64,000 bases of DNA from Eledone cirrhosa (GCA_964016885.1 OZ024741.1:111538001-111602000); one strand, 5' to 3'; positions 1 through 14,528 are shown, counted from the stretch's first letter. Translations and numbers: made by a program. The notes: a model not told the origin generated them from the sequence alone.

Positions 1-51
1 ACACACACACACACACACATATATATATAATAGTAATAATAAATACAAAGT

Positions 52-450
52 TCAAAATCCAGAGAGGACTCGGTAAGGCTTGTATATATAAAAGTTTGGT
101 TTGTGATATAATTTATGTGCACCTGTTTGTAGGTCTAGGTTGACGTTGAGAAAGTTTGCATTAATGATGTTCGTGTCAACTGTAATTTTAAGGACTAGGT
201 CGCGAAAGGTATGTATCAGGTCTTTATGGAACTTGTCCATATCGTGCTCGTTGCGGTTGTAGGCGAGAGAAAGACCGTCGTCACGGTACAGAATGATGGT
301 GTGATCGGGATATTTCTGTTTAAGTGTATGGAGAATGTATAATCCAACAAATTTACATATTTCCGCGCTGTCCTATGAATGACCAAACCGAGACGTCAAA
401 TGAATCTTCTGGGTCGAATTTCTTTACCCAAGCGGTGCCATTGTTGAATA
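52..450 (-). mobile_element. Penelope-like element, degenerate RT fragment
   Basis: The minus strand reads AWVKKFDPEDSFDVSV...PDHTIILYRDDGLSLAYNRNEHDMDKFHKDLIHTF...NFLNVNLDL. This has the YRDD catalytic motif and a PLE-type thumb, with frameshifts. Confidence 0.75.
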
Positions 451-910
451 TATACATACATATATACATATATAGGTAGTACAATGAATTGACAGCTAAC
501 GCCATCCCACTCCCACAATAAAAAGGAGCTGCTTTCACCTTTGCTTGACCGCACCTATTCCGCGCGCACGTGCGCTCTACAGAATACCTCAGTTACACAC
601 AAACAGCGGACAACAGAGAGAACGTACCGTTCCTCTCCGACAGATAACCCCCCCCCCCCGGAAAACCCCCCAGTTAATGGATGCGAATCCGAAATATAGG
701 GACAATTAAGGTAACTCTATCTCGTGTTATTATTTTTATTTTTTACGCTCTTTCCTACGTTCCTCTGCACACTATACATCTCATTCTACATTCCCTTACA
801 TCTCTCTCTTCATTACCGGATTCTGTTACCCGGAGATTTACCCATCTGCATTGTTGAGACTTCCAAAACGACCAAAAAATACACACATATACACACACAC
901 ACACATACAC

Positions 911-979
<69 letters not shown>

Positions 980-1217
980 AGGAAAAAAGATGGAATCGAA
1001 AATGCAACTGGAGTCTTTTTTAAAATATTTATTTGGTTCCTTTACCGGTTTCGCAGTTCTTGTGCTTTTAAAAAGTAGAATTGAGATGGAGGGTTTGTGG
1101 TTTTTCTCCATCTCAATTCTACTTTTGAAAAGCACAAGAACTGCGAAACCGGTAAAGGAACCAAATAAATATTTAAAAAAAGACTCCAGTTGCATTTTCG
1201 GTTTCATCTTTTTTCCT
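980..1217. repeat. ~110-bp-arm palindrome (inverted PLE pseudo-LTR relic) with degenerate hammerhead
   Basis: 980-1091 is the near-perfect reverse complement of 1106-1217. The right arm contains TTGAAAA-GCA..TGC-GAAACCGGTA. Flanked by (CA)n/(TA)n. Confidence 0.8.
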
Positions 1218-1260
1218 CGTGTAGGACATCTCGTTTTTTTTCATTTTGTAAAAAAACCTC

Positions 1261-1350
<90 letters not shown>

Positions 1351-1920
1351 CGTACGCTATGCTGGATCTATGTCTGTTTGGTTTCAAATATTTGATTGGC
1401 CAGCTCTGTACTATAACATCATTTATTGTCCATTACACGTCCACATCAGTGTGCTAATCATCGCTTGTACACACCATGGAATTTCCGGAGATCTAGTCAA
1501 TTGCTTTCTCATTTAACTTGAACTCAAGTCATTTTTTTCAGCTTCTATTTCTCTCACTCTCGTAATAAATCACATCCCTCATGTTCTTTCTTCGCTTTAC
1601 TGCTGCTAGCCTACACTACGAGACATATTGATTAACGAAATTTCCAGTAAACTTGAGAAGCAGAAATTTTCAATTACTTCGTATTGTGCAGTTTATTTCA
1701 CTTGGGTTGTGACAAAACAAGAATTGGAGATAGCAGTGATATGAAAACAAGATTATTGCCAAGGGTTAATATTAGCTATGGTCTTTCCGTGGAGCTGTGA
1801 GATTTTATTAATAAACTTTTCTACTTCTCATATGTGATTAAGGTGCTTCTCTTTTGACCCTGAGGCAAGGCTTTTATACTATTCCAATGTATATGTGTGC
1901 ACATACATACATACAAACAT

Positions 1921-2049
<129 letters not shown>

Positions 2050-2411
2050 TACATATATACATATTAACATAAATACATACTTAGCTATTTATATATACAC
2101 ATATAAATGCATACATACATATATACATACACACACACATATGTATAAAGTGAAAGCATATGGTAATCATGGATCAGGCGGCACGTGGGTCCTTGAGCAA
2201 GACACTTTATTTAAGTACACTCAGCTGGCGAAAATGTAATTCATGTAGTCAGCCTTGTAACGCACAGTGTTATGCTGAATCTCCCTGACAACTACGTTAA
2301 GTGCACACGTGCTTGTGGAATGTTTGAGCAAGCTGTTCCTTTCTTCGAACAACTGGAACACTCGTCGTCGGAGGCGATGAAAGTCAAACAATACACACAT
2401 ACATATATATA

Positions 2412-2449
<38 letters not shown>

Positions 2450-2482
2450 TATGTGTGTGTGTATCTGTGCGTTTGTGTGTGC

Positions 2483-2599
<117 letters not shown>

Positions 2600-2602
2600 C
2601 GC

Positions 2603-2660
<58 letters not shown>

Positions 2661-3609
2661 AAATACAAATTTAAGCAAGATATTAAGCAAATATTTAGTA
2701 CTGAATGTAGAATCATACAAATAGAAGCTGAACCTTCATAAATTGTTTACTCGTTGCCGATTATAAAAAAAATAGATCATGAACATTCGTAGATAATAAA
2801 GATATCGTAAAAATATTTGAATATCATAAAATATGGTTTCTATTTCTAGCAGGTAGGTAGATCATGTAGTGGTTTTCTCGACAACCCCGACTCCGTTGTT
2901 GATTGGGGTGTTATGTATTACAATAACCATTGTGCATTTTTTGTTGCTTAGTCTTCATAACTTGCGTGATAGAGTCAGCACTGATATAAGTATGTGTTTT
3001 AGCTTCTTAGCTAATGTACCTATTTCATGGTGATAGCTGTGATGATCGTGTTAATGATAAATATGCACAAAATATGTTTGTATTTGTGTGTAAGCATAAA
3101 TATCAATAAACTATACAATCGTTACCTTAATGATATAAATATGTTATAAATATATGTTTCATTTCAGAAAAAACAACAACAAAAACAATCATCTACAAGA
3201 TTCCAGACCTCATTCGCTTACCGAGTGGAGTGGAACCCGTCAACCTTTGGTTGGTGATACTATCTTCCGGTTGCAACTCCTGACAGAAAGAGCAGCGTGA
3301 AATAAAATGTTTTGCTTAAGGCCATACATAATGCATTGCCCGGTCCAGAAATCGAATTCGCAACTTCACTATTGTGAATCCAATTATCTAACCACTAAAC
3401 TACACGTCTTCACAAATATATGCATAACTGGGTGTGTATATGTATATATATATACGTTTGTTTGCGCAAGTGTGTACATACCGGTTTGAAAAGATGCAGC
3501 GTATCTCATGTGTAAGAGGTAATTAAAATTGTTGGCGTCAGGCAGGACATCAGACCGTAAAACACTCTTAAAGCCATGTATAACCTCCTGACAACATGAA
3601 ATAATTATT

Positions 3610-4770
3610 CCTAATATTTGCACAAGGTCAGCAATTTTGGGGAAGTCAATTATACCGATCTCAGTACTTAACTGGTACATAATTTTATCGATCTCGGAAG
3701 TATGAAAGGCAAAGATGATTATGGCGTCGTTTGAACTCAGAACAAATGCCACAAAGCACATCTAACGACTCTGCCAATCCATCGACTTTCCGCTATCATG
3801 AAATAATGATTTCTGATTTCGGCACAAAGTCAACAATTTGAGGGGAGAGGAAATTCGTTTAAGTCGACCTCAGTGCATTACTGGTGCCTAATTTTGGTAA
3901 GGATGAAAGGCAAAGATAACTTCGGTGGGATTGAAATAATGAACATAAGAACAATGACTGTCGTAATGATGATGATAATGATGATAATAATGATGACGAT
4001 TAATAAGAGGCTGTGTGGCTAAGAAGACTCAGGCATAGCAGTGTCATCAAGAATTTCGCTTTACAATCATGTGATTTCGAGTTCGGTCCCATTTATAACT
4101 ACAGGCTAAAAATACCTTGTGAGTGGAATTTAGTAGGATATTATTTGAAGGAAAGTTGGTTGCTATTTCTAACAAGTTGAGTAAACACATTATTTCAAAT
4201 TTTCACAGGTTTCAGGCATTTAGTATCTCTATGCTGAGGCAACACCCTTAATTATATAGTCTATTATATTCCCGTAGGCAGAATAGTTAGAACATCAGAT
4301 AAAGTGCTTCGCGGTATTTGTTTCACCTGTCTGTGATCTGAATTAAAATCATACCGAGTTCATTGATGGTCCCATAACTCCTGTAGTGGTGCTGTATAGA
4401 TATACGGCGCCTCTAGGACATTTTGAAACCTGGCAGAGCACATCCCTTCTCCAGGTCTGAATACAGTAGATTTTTTCGAGAGAAGGATAGAGAGTGAGAA
4501 AATGGAAGTGAGAAAAAGATATAGAAGAAGAATCTACCCTAGTACTTGACTGGTACTTTTTTATCGATCTCGAATGGATGAATAGCAAAGTTGACTTCGG
4601 CGGGATTTGAACTCAGTGAGTAGAGAGTCGAAACAAATACTGCAACGCATTCTACTCTACGCTCTAACGACTCTGCCATTCCACCACCTCCTGTCCAGGT
4701 CAACTTTACCTTTTATATTTTTAATGTCAGTAAATAAAGTACCAGTCAAATACTGGGGTTGATCCTTCAC
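3610..4770. mobile_element. Cluster of tRNA-derived SINE copies (octopus-type)
   Basis: Repeated motif ctgagttcaaatcccgccga.gtcaactttgc..ttcatcc...gataaaataa.gtaccagt (B-box plus core), mostly on the minus strand. Confidence 0.7.
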
Positions 4771-5196
4771 TTTTCGCTCTCTTTCTTCTGAATTGTGTTC
4801 ATATCTGGAGAGGGAATAGGCTACACCAGGTTTTAAATGCCCAAGTAACTCTGTATGTCATTTTATATACGTGTGTGTGACTGTGAATGTGTATGTGTGT
4901 GTGAGGCTATCTTTGCATGACTGTGTGTCTGTATGTGTATGTGACAGCATACATATGTGCGTGCGTGCATATGTTTGTGTACGTGTGGGGATGTATCTGT
5001 GTGTATGTGTGTGACTGTATGTGTATGTGTGTGTGCGCGTGAGTGTATATATATGCGTGTGCGTCTAATGGTACATGAGTGGCAGGTCAAGGATGACATG
5101 GATAGGTTGAAATCGATGAAACTTGAGAGAGAGAGGGAGAGAGAGAGGGAGAGAGAGAGGGAGAGAGAGGGAGAGAGGGAGAGAGAGGGAGAGAGG

Positions 5197-5232
<36 letters not shown>

Positions 5233-5242
5233 GAGAGAGAGG

Positions 5243-5274
<32 letters not shown>

Positions 5275-5478
5275 TAGAGAGAGAGAGGGGATGAGAGAAA
5301 GAGAGAGAGAGAGAGAGAGTGTGTGTATGTGTGTGTGAGAGAGAGAGAGAGAATGAGTGCGTGAGAGAAGTAAGGACTATGATTGAGTGTATTTGAGATA
5401 GAAAACTGTGAAGTGATAACATTGAATATCCATCTGAAATGGTGAAGGATCATAGAGATAAATTAAATAATGGGAATT

Positions 5479-5519
<41 letters not shown>

Positions 5520-5807
5520 ATATGGGTGGGAGAGATAAGATACATAGCGGAGGGAGAAATAATAAGAAGAGAGAGAGAGATAAGAGAGAGAGAGAGAGGG
5601 GGAGAGGGAGCGAGAGAGTGAGAGAATAAGGAAGGGAGAGAGAGAGAGAGAGGGGGAGAGGTGAGAGAACTAGAGAGGGAAGAAGAACTGGCTAGAAAGG
5701 CGATTCGACATGTCAGCTTGACTGATAACTTAATGTCCCACCGTTCGTGCCTTTGTTGATGGAGTGTGTGGGTGGGAGTGAGAATGCTGGTGACAGAAGA
5801 AGAGCGA

Positions 5808-5954
5808 GGCTGGAGGATGAGGCTGGAGGATGAGGGTGGAGGATGAGGGTGGAGGATGAGGGTGGAGGATGAGGGTGGAGGATGAGGCTGGAGGATGAGG
5901 GTGGAGGATGAGGGTGGAGGATGAGGGTGGAGGATGAGGGTGGAGGATGAGGGT
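5808..5954. repeat. 13-bp minisatellite (TGGAGGATGAGGG)n, ~11 copies
   Basis: Read directly from the sequence. Confidence 0.9.
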
Positions 5955-5984
5955 AAGGAGGCGGGCGACGAGATACAATGTAAT

Positions 5985-6185
5985 GGTTTCTAATTTAGGC
6001 TTGCAATTCTGTGAGAAAGGGAAAGACGATTATATCGATCCCAGTTATTGACTGGTACTATATTTCATTGAACCCGGAAAAATGAAAGGTAAATTGACCT
6101 TGACGGGATTTGAACTCAGAGTGCAGAGTACCAGATCGAACAATATGCAACGTTATATCTGACTCTAATGATTCTGCCACCGAAC
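5985..6185 (-). mobile_element. SINE copy
   Basis: gggatttgaactcaga (reverse-complement B-box) and actggtact...tttcattgaacccgg core. Confidence 0.7.
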
Positions 6186-6348
6186 CGTCGCTTTGGAAGA
6201 AAGGAAGGTCAATAAAAGCTACCATATTTGCTGGTACTCGATCCTATTTCCAAGTTTCTCCAAATAAGCACATGGCATCCATATGATTTACTGAAATGAA
6301 TTCAAGTAGTGACTAGCAACAATCTATGGCTCATGGTCTCCTCTTCCA

Positions 6349-6494
6349 TCAATCTCCAAAACAAAAACTGCGCGTTTTTGTAATTATGGATCGATGCACA
6401 TAAGCGTCACTCTCATCATTGGTTTGCAATGATTCGATGATTCCTCTTGCATTGCACTTCTCAAATACAATCACTGGGTCCAACTGGAAAATTT
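6349..6494 (-). CDS. Candidate terminal coding exon of an unidentified host gene
   Basis: Acceptor ttattatgcag, phase 1, then (E)IFQLDPVIVFEKCNARGIIESLQTNDESDAYVHRSIITKTRSFCFGD* in non-repeat sequence. Confidence 0.4.
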
Positions 6495-6830
6495 CTGCAT
6501 AATAAATTTCCTTTATATGAAATAGAGCTATCCTTCTGCTATTAATTATTTGTCATTGTGACCAACCACTTAGTTATACCATAGAAACATTGCTATCATC
6601 CTACATACGGATATGCACAACATATTGAAATGAATTCTTTATTCACGTGGAAATAAGATTAACGTAAGGCTCTGTAATCAATAAATTATATAGATTTCAT
6701 TAAAAGGAACTGATACTCACTGATACAGTCACTTATTAAATCTTATCTGAACTTTAAAAATTCCTATCTGCCTTTCATATAATTACTGCAATCAATCTAT
6801 TACATATATTTTCCACAAAATCATCTCTAC

Positions 6831-6886
6831 CTGATACGGAGTTACAGTTGTCTCTTATAACATGCTGTTTGCTTGTTACAAAATTC
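6831..6886 (-). CDS. Candidate internal exon (56 nt)
   Basis: taacag|...|gtagag, phase 2 to 1, (R)NFVTSKQHVIRDNCNSVS. Confidence 0.35.
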
Positions 6887-7264
6887 CTGTTATATGTTAC
6901 AAGATCAAACAATCCGTTGCACAAACATTTTCATCTAGTTTTCCTTTGTTAGTTTGAAAAGAGAGCAATTCTATTATTTCTGTTCGGGCCATCGACGTCT
7001 GTTAATTGACTTAGCTGGATTAGAATGCAACTGACTTGAGTAGACCTCTATCCGTTTCGATGATGAGTGATCCAGTTTTTCGATCAACGGAACAGTCTAC
7101 TCGTTAAATTAACATGTAAGTAGTTGAGTATTCCACATGCGATGCATGGCATGGATGGCCGTAAGCAAGCTCCACGTAGGATTAAAAAGCCACGTCAGCG
7201 ATGCTCATGCTTAAGTATCATGCGATAACATTGCTCTAAATCGAATTGCAGCCATCATATATAT

Positions 7265-7379
7265 ATATGAAAAGGTTCAGGACACCAACGGCTAAGCTCC
7301 GGCCTTTTCGACAGCTAGTTCAGATCTAGCTGTCGAAACGGCTGGAGTCCATCCGTCGGGGTCCTGAATCTTTTCATAT
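7265..7379. repeat. Imperfect palindrome (PLE pLTR-like relic)
   Basis: atatgaaaaggttcaggac...gtcctgaatcttttcatat, centred on tcgacagctag/ctagctgtcga. Confidence 0.75.
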
Positions 7380-7952
7380 TACCCACTCTACTACCCCAAG
7401 TGTCGAGTACTCTGGTGGGTTATGGTCCACCTGGTATTTTACCACACCCTTTCTGATATATATATATCTTGGGTGGTTAATGCCTTCTTGACCACCTTTT
7501 CAGTTTTGTATGGCTTCTTAACACATTGTTTAGCTCTGGTTTTTAACTATTGAGCACTTTCCCAGTATCATTTCTGATTTTTGCGTTTCGCTTCGCTTTT
7601 CCTGCCCGCCGAAATGCGATTCTCGCTGAATCTTTATTTGTATATATATATATATATATATAAACAAATAACGGAACGAAATTAAATTTCGTTTCGTTTC
7701 TAACTTACTTTTGTATGACTGACGCTTAAACAATTAAGTTAAAAGTGTACATCTACATATGTATACGGAAATATTAGTATGCATATAAATACACACATGT
7801 ATACATATGTACATGTACTGAGTTTTTCACTGGACACTTTACTGTGAGTGTCCAGCTAGTCTGTATGTAACCAAACAGACAAACCGGGTTTTAGAGTCAT
7901 ACGGGTTTTCAAGGAAACACATTTCCTCTATTCTCCAGAGAGCCAGACAGGA

Positions 7953-7996
7953 ATATTGGACTAGTTTCGATGTTATTACATCTCATCAGCAATATA
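7953..7996 (-). ncRNA. Minimal type-I hammerhead ribozyme
   Basis: Reverse complement: ATATTG-CTGATGA-GATG taataa CATC-GAAA-C TA G-TC-CAATAT. Confidence 0.85.
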
Positions 7997-8442
7997 TACC
8001 CATCTTCCGGCTTCTCTAGAGAATCGTAAAAGCACATATCGTTATATGCTTTTTCTTGAAAACCCGTATGACTCTAAAACCCGGTTTGTCTGTTTGGTTA
8101 CATACAGACTAGCTGGACACTCACAGTAAAGTGTCCAGTGAAAAACTCAGTACATGTACATATGTATACATGTGTGTATTTATATGCATACTAATATTTC
8201 CGTATACATATGTAGATGTACACTTTTAACTTAATTGTTTAAACGTCAGTCATACAAAAGTGAGTTAGAAGCGAAACGAAATTTAATTTCGTTTCGTTAT
8301 TTGTTTTTATCGTTTCCGCTGAACCGGTGCGTACAATGACTCACGTTCTATGCAAATTAGTCTGCCCACTACTAATTTTCATAGAAAAAGCATATAACGA
8401 TATGTGCTTTTACGATTCTCTAGAGAAGCCGGAAGATGGGTA

Positions 8443-8487
8443 TATATTGCTGATGAGATGTAATAACATCGAAACTAGTCCAATATT
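8443..8487 (+). ncRNA. Minimal type-I hammerhead ribozyme
   Basis: ATATTG-CTGATGA-GATG taataa CATC-GAAA-C TA G-TC-CAATAT, with palindromic ACTAGT stem III and GUC cleavage site. Confidence 0.88.
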
Positions 8488-8705
8488 CCTGTCTGGCTCT
8501 CTGGAGAATAGAGGAAATGTGTTTCCTTGAAAACCCGTATGACTCTAAAACCCGGTTTGTCTGTTTGGTTACATACAGACTAGCTGGACACTCACAGTAA
8601 AGTGTCCAATGAAAAACTCAGTACATGTACATATGTATACATCTGTGTATTCATATGCATACTAATATTTCCGTATACATATGTAGATGTACACTTTTAA
8701 CTTAA

Positions 8706-8738
<33 letters not shown>

Positions 8739-10335
8739 GTTGAAAATGAACGAACAAAACACAGGAGGTAACTATATATACATATATATACATTGACGGA
8801 CTGGGTCTAAAAATATTGGTTGCCAGGCATTTTGGATTAACTTCTTTCCTTCTTCCTTCTCCCTTTTTATTTCTCCCCCTTTCTCTCTCTCTCCCACTCA
8901 CTGATCTCCCCTCTCTCTCTACCACTCACTTATTCTCTTTCTCTCCTACCATCTATCCCCTTTCACCCCCCTCTCTCTGTCTCTGGTCCCTTACCACTTC
9001 CCTTCTCCTCCTCTCACTTCCGTTTTCCTTCGTCTCTCCCTCTTTGCGCCTATTCTCGTTAAGATCAGACGTTTTCTCTTCGCTCTCTCATGCTGTTAAT
9101 AACGTTTCAGGGTTTAGGCCCAGTCTCCTTTTTAACTTCCCCCTCTTTCTCATTGATTACTGTTACTTACTTGTAGTACTGTGTCGTGCTTTCCCCTCTC
9201 TATCGGTATATTTATTTCTGTATGTTTTTTCTGTTTTTTCTTCTGTTTATTTTCTTTTTCTGTCGTTCTCTTCGCTATCGTCTCAGTTTTTTTGCTGTTG
9301 TTTCCTTCCCTAATAACCATACCTCGTAGTTATTAACGCACTGTGGTGAGATGTATTGTCTTTAAAGCGTCGAAACATCAGCGACACACAGCAAACAGCC
9401 GAAGAGCGGGAATTGTCATTATGTTTGTGTTTCTCTTACATTTTTTAAACAATATTTATTAGTAACCACACAGCGCCTTTATCACGTTTAATTCATATAT
9501 ACATACACACAAGATGATGGCTGCCCCCTCGTTATCGAGTATGGCCCTTGCACGGCATACCATTATTAATAATTATTAATTAATTCTATCGTGCAATGCC
9601 TGTGCATGAAGATTTTTTTAAAGTGAGGAAAGACTGTGCACTGAACCAATCCCACTCTCTGAGCGACAGTAGCTATAACCCGAAAAGAAGAAAAGATCAA
9701 CATCATCGGTAATTACTGAGCAACAGGTTTTATATCGGAGTTATCCCAGTTTCCTGAGTTGCCTTCTCCTAGAAAAATGCCCTGACAAAGGCTAAGGGTC
9801 CTTCACTCCCAGTGGTTTAACCGCGCGATCGGCTGTCCAGCCCAACCATTTCTATGTCCCCGCGCATATACATACACATGCACCCATGTATATACACATA
9901 TACATACATATGTACATGTGTATATACATATTTACACACTTTTGGATGGCCGTTGACTCTTATGAGTTCTTCCGCCCTTTGTCAGGTTTTGTTTTTTGTC
10001 CTGCAGGGTGTCCAAAATCACCCTCCTCACCAAGTAAACTTGGTGGGGTTGCCTGTTTAGTCACCGACGACCCGACCATGCAACAGGTTGTACTGGGTTA
10101 CATGTTACCAGTAGCACTGAAGAGTGACTCGACATTACATACATACATACATACATATATATGTATATATATATATATATATATACATATTAGGTATAGG
10201 ATTATCCTGGATGCAGTAATGGTTAATTACTACACTGGATAGAGTTGACGTACAGTGAGGGGTTACTCAGCGAGTTATGGAAGAATAGTTGAAGAAACTC
10301 AGTTCCTGATCCTTCTGTATTCCGGAGTGTAGATA

Positions 10336-10654
10336 AAGAATGAATAATAACAGGTAGACATCATAAAAAGGTAATTTATTCTGTGTGCTTACAAATGTTT
10401 CCACGGTGGTTATACATCCTAGTTATGCTATGTGCAAATTTATAACTATTTGCAAAACTCAATTATCAAATGCTGTGACCACTGTATCCTCATTCTGCTC
10501 TGAGGGTACAGTGGTCACATCATTTGGTAATTGAGTTTTGCAAATAGTTATAAATTTGCACATAGCATAACTAGGATGTATAACCACCGTGGAAACATTT
10601 GTAAGCACACAGAATAAATTACCTTTTTATGATGTCTACCTGTTATTATTCATT

Positions 10655-10657
<3 letters not shown>
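10336..10657. repeat. ~157-bp-arm palindrome with 8-nt loop (inverted pLTR)
   Basis: 10336-10492 is the reverse complement of 10501-10657 with few mismatches. Followed by (TA)n. Confidence 0.9.
10496..10607 (+). ncRNA. Type-I hammerhead with long stem II
   Basis: TGCT-CTGAGGG-tacagtggt...accaccgtg-GAAA-CATTTG-TA-AGCA. The opposite arm preserves TGAGGA. Confidence 0.6.
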
Positions 10658-10749
<92 letters not shown>

Positions 10750-11080
10750 AGGGAGTGTAACGTGAAGTTACTGTAGGTTCACCCAGGTGAGCCCTTGATG
10801 TTTAGATTGACGTCTTTAGCGAGGTGTAGAGCTAGACAGAGTGTAAATAAAATAATACAAGGACGATTTGTTATGCCTTCATTACTTTTATTGATTGACG
10901 CGTGTTTCGCTATTGATCCGCTCAAGGTTCGATCTGTTTCGATCTGGCCCGTCTCTGGAATCAAAATCTCGTCGGACTTCTGGTGTTGTAATGACAGACT
11001 GAATATATGAACATATAAAGCAAAGAAAATTTTCTATGCTTTATAGGTAAAATAACTTGACTTTGTTGTTATTATTTTCT

Positions 11081-11245
11081 TGGCAGTATCGGTGGAGGGT
11101 CGGACGCCATGCTTTCCAGCATAGTTACGTCCCTTTACGATCTGAGTTCAAATCCCGCCGAGGTTGACTTTGCCTTTCATCCTTACGGGGTCGATAAAAT
11201 AAAGTACCAGTAATGCACTTGTGCCTAAAGTAGAAACAATTATTT
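11081..11245 (+). mobile_element. SINE, young subfamily
   Basis: tggcagtatcggt...ctgagttcaaatcccgccgagg.... Nearly identical to 54711-54890 and to the reverse complement of 42570-42745. Confidence 0.8.
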
Positions 11246-11275
11246 TCATTGTTAAATTAATCTCTCTCTCTCACT

Positions 11276-11329
<54 letters not shown>

Positions 11330-11607
11330 TATGTGTGTGTGTAGACTAAATTCAATGACATATATCACATCTGTAAACTAAATTCCTCACACACAAAAAA
11401 AAAAAATAAAATGCCAATCCTGATCAAGCTTACAAAATAGAAATAATCTTAAACGCCATTTGCAAACCATTCTTATGCACCTAAATTCTTGGTGGTGCCT
11501 AGCAGTCTACATAACGTGGAATCCTGTCAAATACACTTGTTTGATCTTGGTTAAGAAATACTCATGCAATTGTCAACTCTAGAAATATGGCGTATGTAGT
11601 TCCATAC

Positions 11608-11698
<91 letters not shown>

Positions 11699-12279
11699 AC
11701 ACACTCAATTTTTCTCTCTCCTTTTCCCCCTTCTCTCTCTCTCACATACACACTGACATGCACAAAGATGTATTTTATTGAACTCTTCTACGAATTTTCT
11801 TGTGTTTATTATGCAACCTAATTCTACCGTGTATTAAATTTACTTTGTATTTAATATTCTGAATTGCTTGTGTATGTGAATATGTGTTCATATATTTATG
11901 TATGCATCTACCTATGCATACATAAATATATATGCATATACACACACATATGTATATATATATATATATGTATATAAATAGGGAGACACAGAGCAGGCTT
12001 TCTTTATATATATGTATAATATAATATAATATAATGTAATATAATATTAGCAAAGTTGCACACGTTTATACAGATACGGAGGATAAACGAACAAAATCAT
12101 TTATTTTCTTTATCAACCACCTCTTAGAAATACGATTTCGTGCATATGGAACAATATAATTCATAGAAACAAACGAACGAAATGTAAACTGATCACCGCA
12201 AAATTACTAAGGAAACAATACATGAGTAATGGAGTTAAAACAAGAATATTATTTGAATAGAACACACAGAGAAAAGATT

Positions 12280-12600
12280 AGGCCCCTTTCGGTCATGATT
12301 GATCCAGATTTGCATCTAGAAAGTTCCCCTCTGAGGCACAAACTCGGGTAAGATTGTTAGTGGAAAACCAGAAATCGTCCATACATAATAGTCTCTTCTC
12401 TCCACGCCACTGATGTTGTCCAAAGGTTTTGTGTCCAAGTCATTACGTTTTGGTACCAGTGACGTCGCAACTCATTTCTCCAGCTGAGTGAACAGGAGCA
12501 ATGTGAAATAAAGTGTCTTGCTCAAAGACAGCGTACTGCTCCATCCTGGAATCGAACCGGAAACCTCATGATTGTAAACTCAATGCTCTAACCACTAATA
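12280..12600 (-). mobile_element. Second SINE family copy (tRNA head on minus strand)
   Basis: ggaatcgaacc...ctctaaccacta (reverse-complement B/A boxes) and cagctgagtgaac.ggagca...tcttgctcaa core. A related copy is at ~14060-14330. Confidence 0.55.
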
Positions 12601-12924
12601 TTTTTTATAATATAAGCTAAACACCTTCACAATGGGAGAGAATATACATGAAAACGTCTTATGAATAAGACAAAACAAGAGACAGTATACGTGAATATAA
12701 TTTTCTCATTATCAAGTTAATGTTGGAAATATAAAACGTTTTACATAAAAACACGATGGAGAGATTTTAGCGATGTATAAACCATTTTAAACGAATAGTT
12801 TTGTATTGTAGAAATAGGAGTGGTTTAGGTGCGTTTATATCAAAATCGTTTTCATGTATAAGTTACAAACCTCGAGTGCTACGATGGTTCAATATGAATA
12901 CATAGAGCACATAATAATATTGAT

Positions 12925-13130
12925 TTATAATTTAGGCACATGACCAGCAACATTTTTTAGGAAAGGGCAAATTTGATTTAACCAACACCATTATTTTACT
13001 GGTATTTTATTTTATCGAGCCCCAAAGCATAAACGTCAAAGTTGACCTTGGGAGAATTTGAACTCAGAATGTAAAGAGCCAGAACAAATACCGAAACATT
13101 TTTTACCTGACGCCAATTCGTCGCCATGAA
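12925..13130 (-). mobile_element. SINE copy
   Basis: gaatttgaactcagaatgtaaagagccagaacaaatacc. Confidence 0.7.
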
Positions 13131-13209
13131 TGTATAATGTTAGCTATATACGCGCCACACACACGAACGCTCACACACACACACACACACGCACGCACGC
13201 ACGCACGCA

Positions 13210-13308
<99 letters not shown>

Positions 13309-13369
13309 ACGTACGCACGCACGCACGCACGCACGCACGCGCGCACGCACACACACACACACACATACA

Positions 13370-13401
<32 letters not shown>

Positions 13402-13479
13402 CACACACGTACGCACGCACGCACGCACGCACGAACACACACACACACACACATACACGCACGCACGCACGCACGCACA

Positions 13480-13530
<51 letters not shown>

Positions 13531-14528
13531 CTAAATCTAAACTTATATATTGCTCAATTATGTTAAAAGATTTTTCTAATCAGAAAGAGTAATTTCAGAA
13601 CAAAATCCAAATTCTTTTCTCTCAGTTCTAGAAAACAATGGCAACGTTCTCATTTTGAACCAATCCTGTTTAAATTTCTCTGAAAACTTTAGCAACAAAT
13701 GCAGACATGATAGATACCGTTTCAAATTTTGTGAAAACTATTTTGACATGTGGATGTAATAATTTTGACATGTGAATATGCATTATTTACCAAATCTGAC
13801 GTGAATGAAAGCAATGAATAGTGAATTAAAGATATTTACAAAAGACAGGAACTTTTAGAATTAGAGTATAACTTTAATGGAATCGTACGGTGATGGAATG
13901 GAATGTCTTAAGAATCAACTGATATTAAAGAGAGATAGATGCGACAACAAAATTGTAAAGAATGTTGTTGTTTTGAGTAAGTACTATCGATAAGACGACA
14001 AGTTAGGCTATATAGCTTTTAAAATTAGCTATGAGTGGAAACTATGAAACACTGGCTTCCTGTGGTATGACTAACCATAGGTTAGCACCTAGAAAGTTCC
14101 TCTCCTATATTGCTATCTTGAGTAATATGTTTTGTGGAAGAACAGCAATTACCCATGCATGCAAATCTTCTTTCTTAACACTATCAGTGTTGTCGAACGG
14201 AAAGGAGAAGACTGATACAGTTTCGTACGAATAACGTCACAGTACCTTGCTCAAGAACGTAACGCGCTACCTGGTCTGAGAATTGAAACAGCGGCCTTGT
14301 GATACTGAGCCAAATACACTAACCAAACGGTTACGCTTCTTTACAAATATGTATCGATCAGTTTTGTACCAACAAAGCTCTACTTGAGCTGGTTATGCTG
14401 AGCTAGACGAAGATTAATTTGTTTAGGCAAGACCCAAATGAATTAGTTGGCTGCGTTAAATATTTCTGAAACACTTTCCTTCGAAATTTCTCAGGAATAC
14501 ATTTGAAAGTTATATATATATATATATA

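Larger units (their letters stand above)
7661..8707 (+). mobile_element. Non-autonomous hammerhead-bearing retroelement (471-bp unit, partial tandem plus 5' inversion)
   Basis: The block starting at 8055 recurs at 8526 (period 471). 7661-8054 is an inverted copy. There is no credible ORF, and it is flanked by (TA)n. Confidence 0.8.

Noticed and set aside
11120-11165. tRNA genes at B-box motifs
   Set aside because: No cloverleaf can be folded. The motifs are SINE heads.
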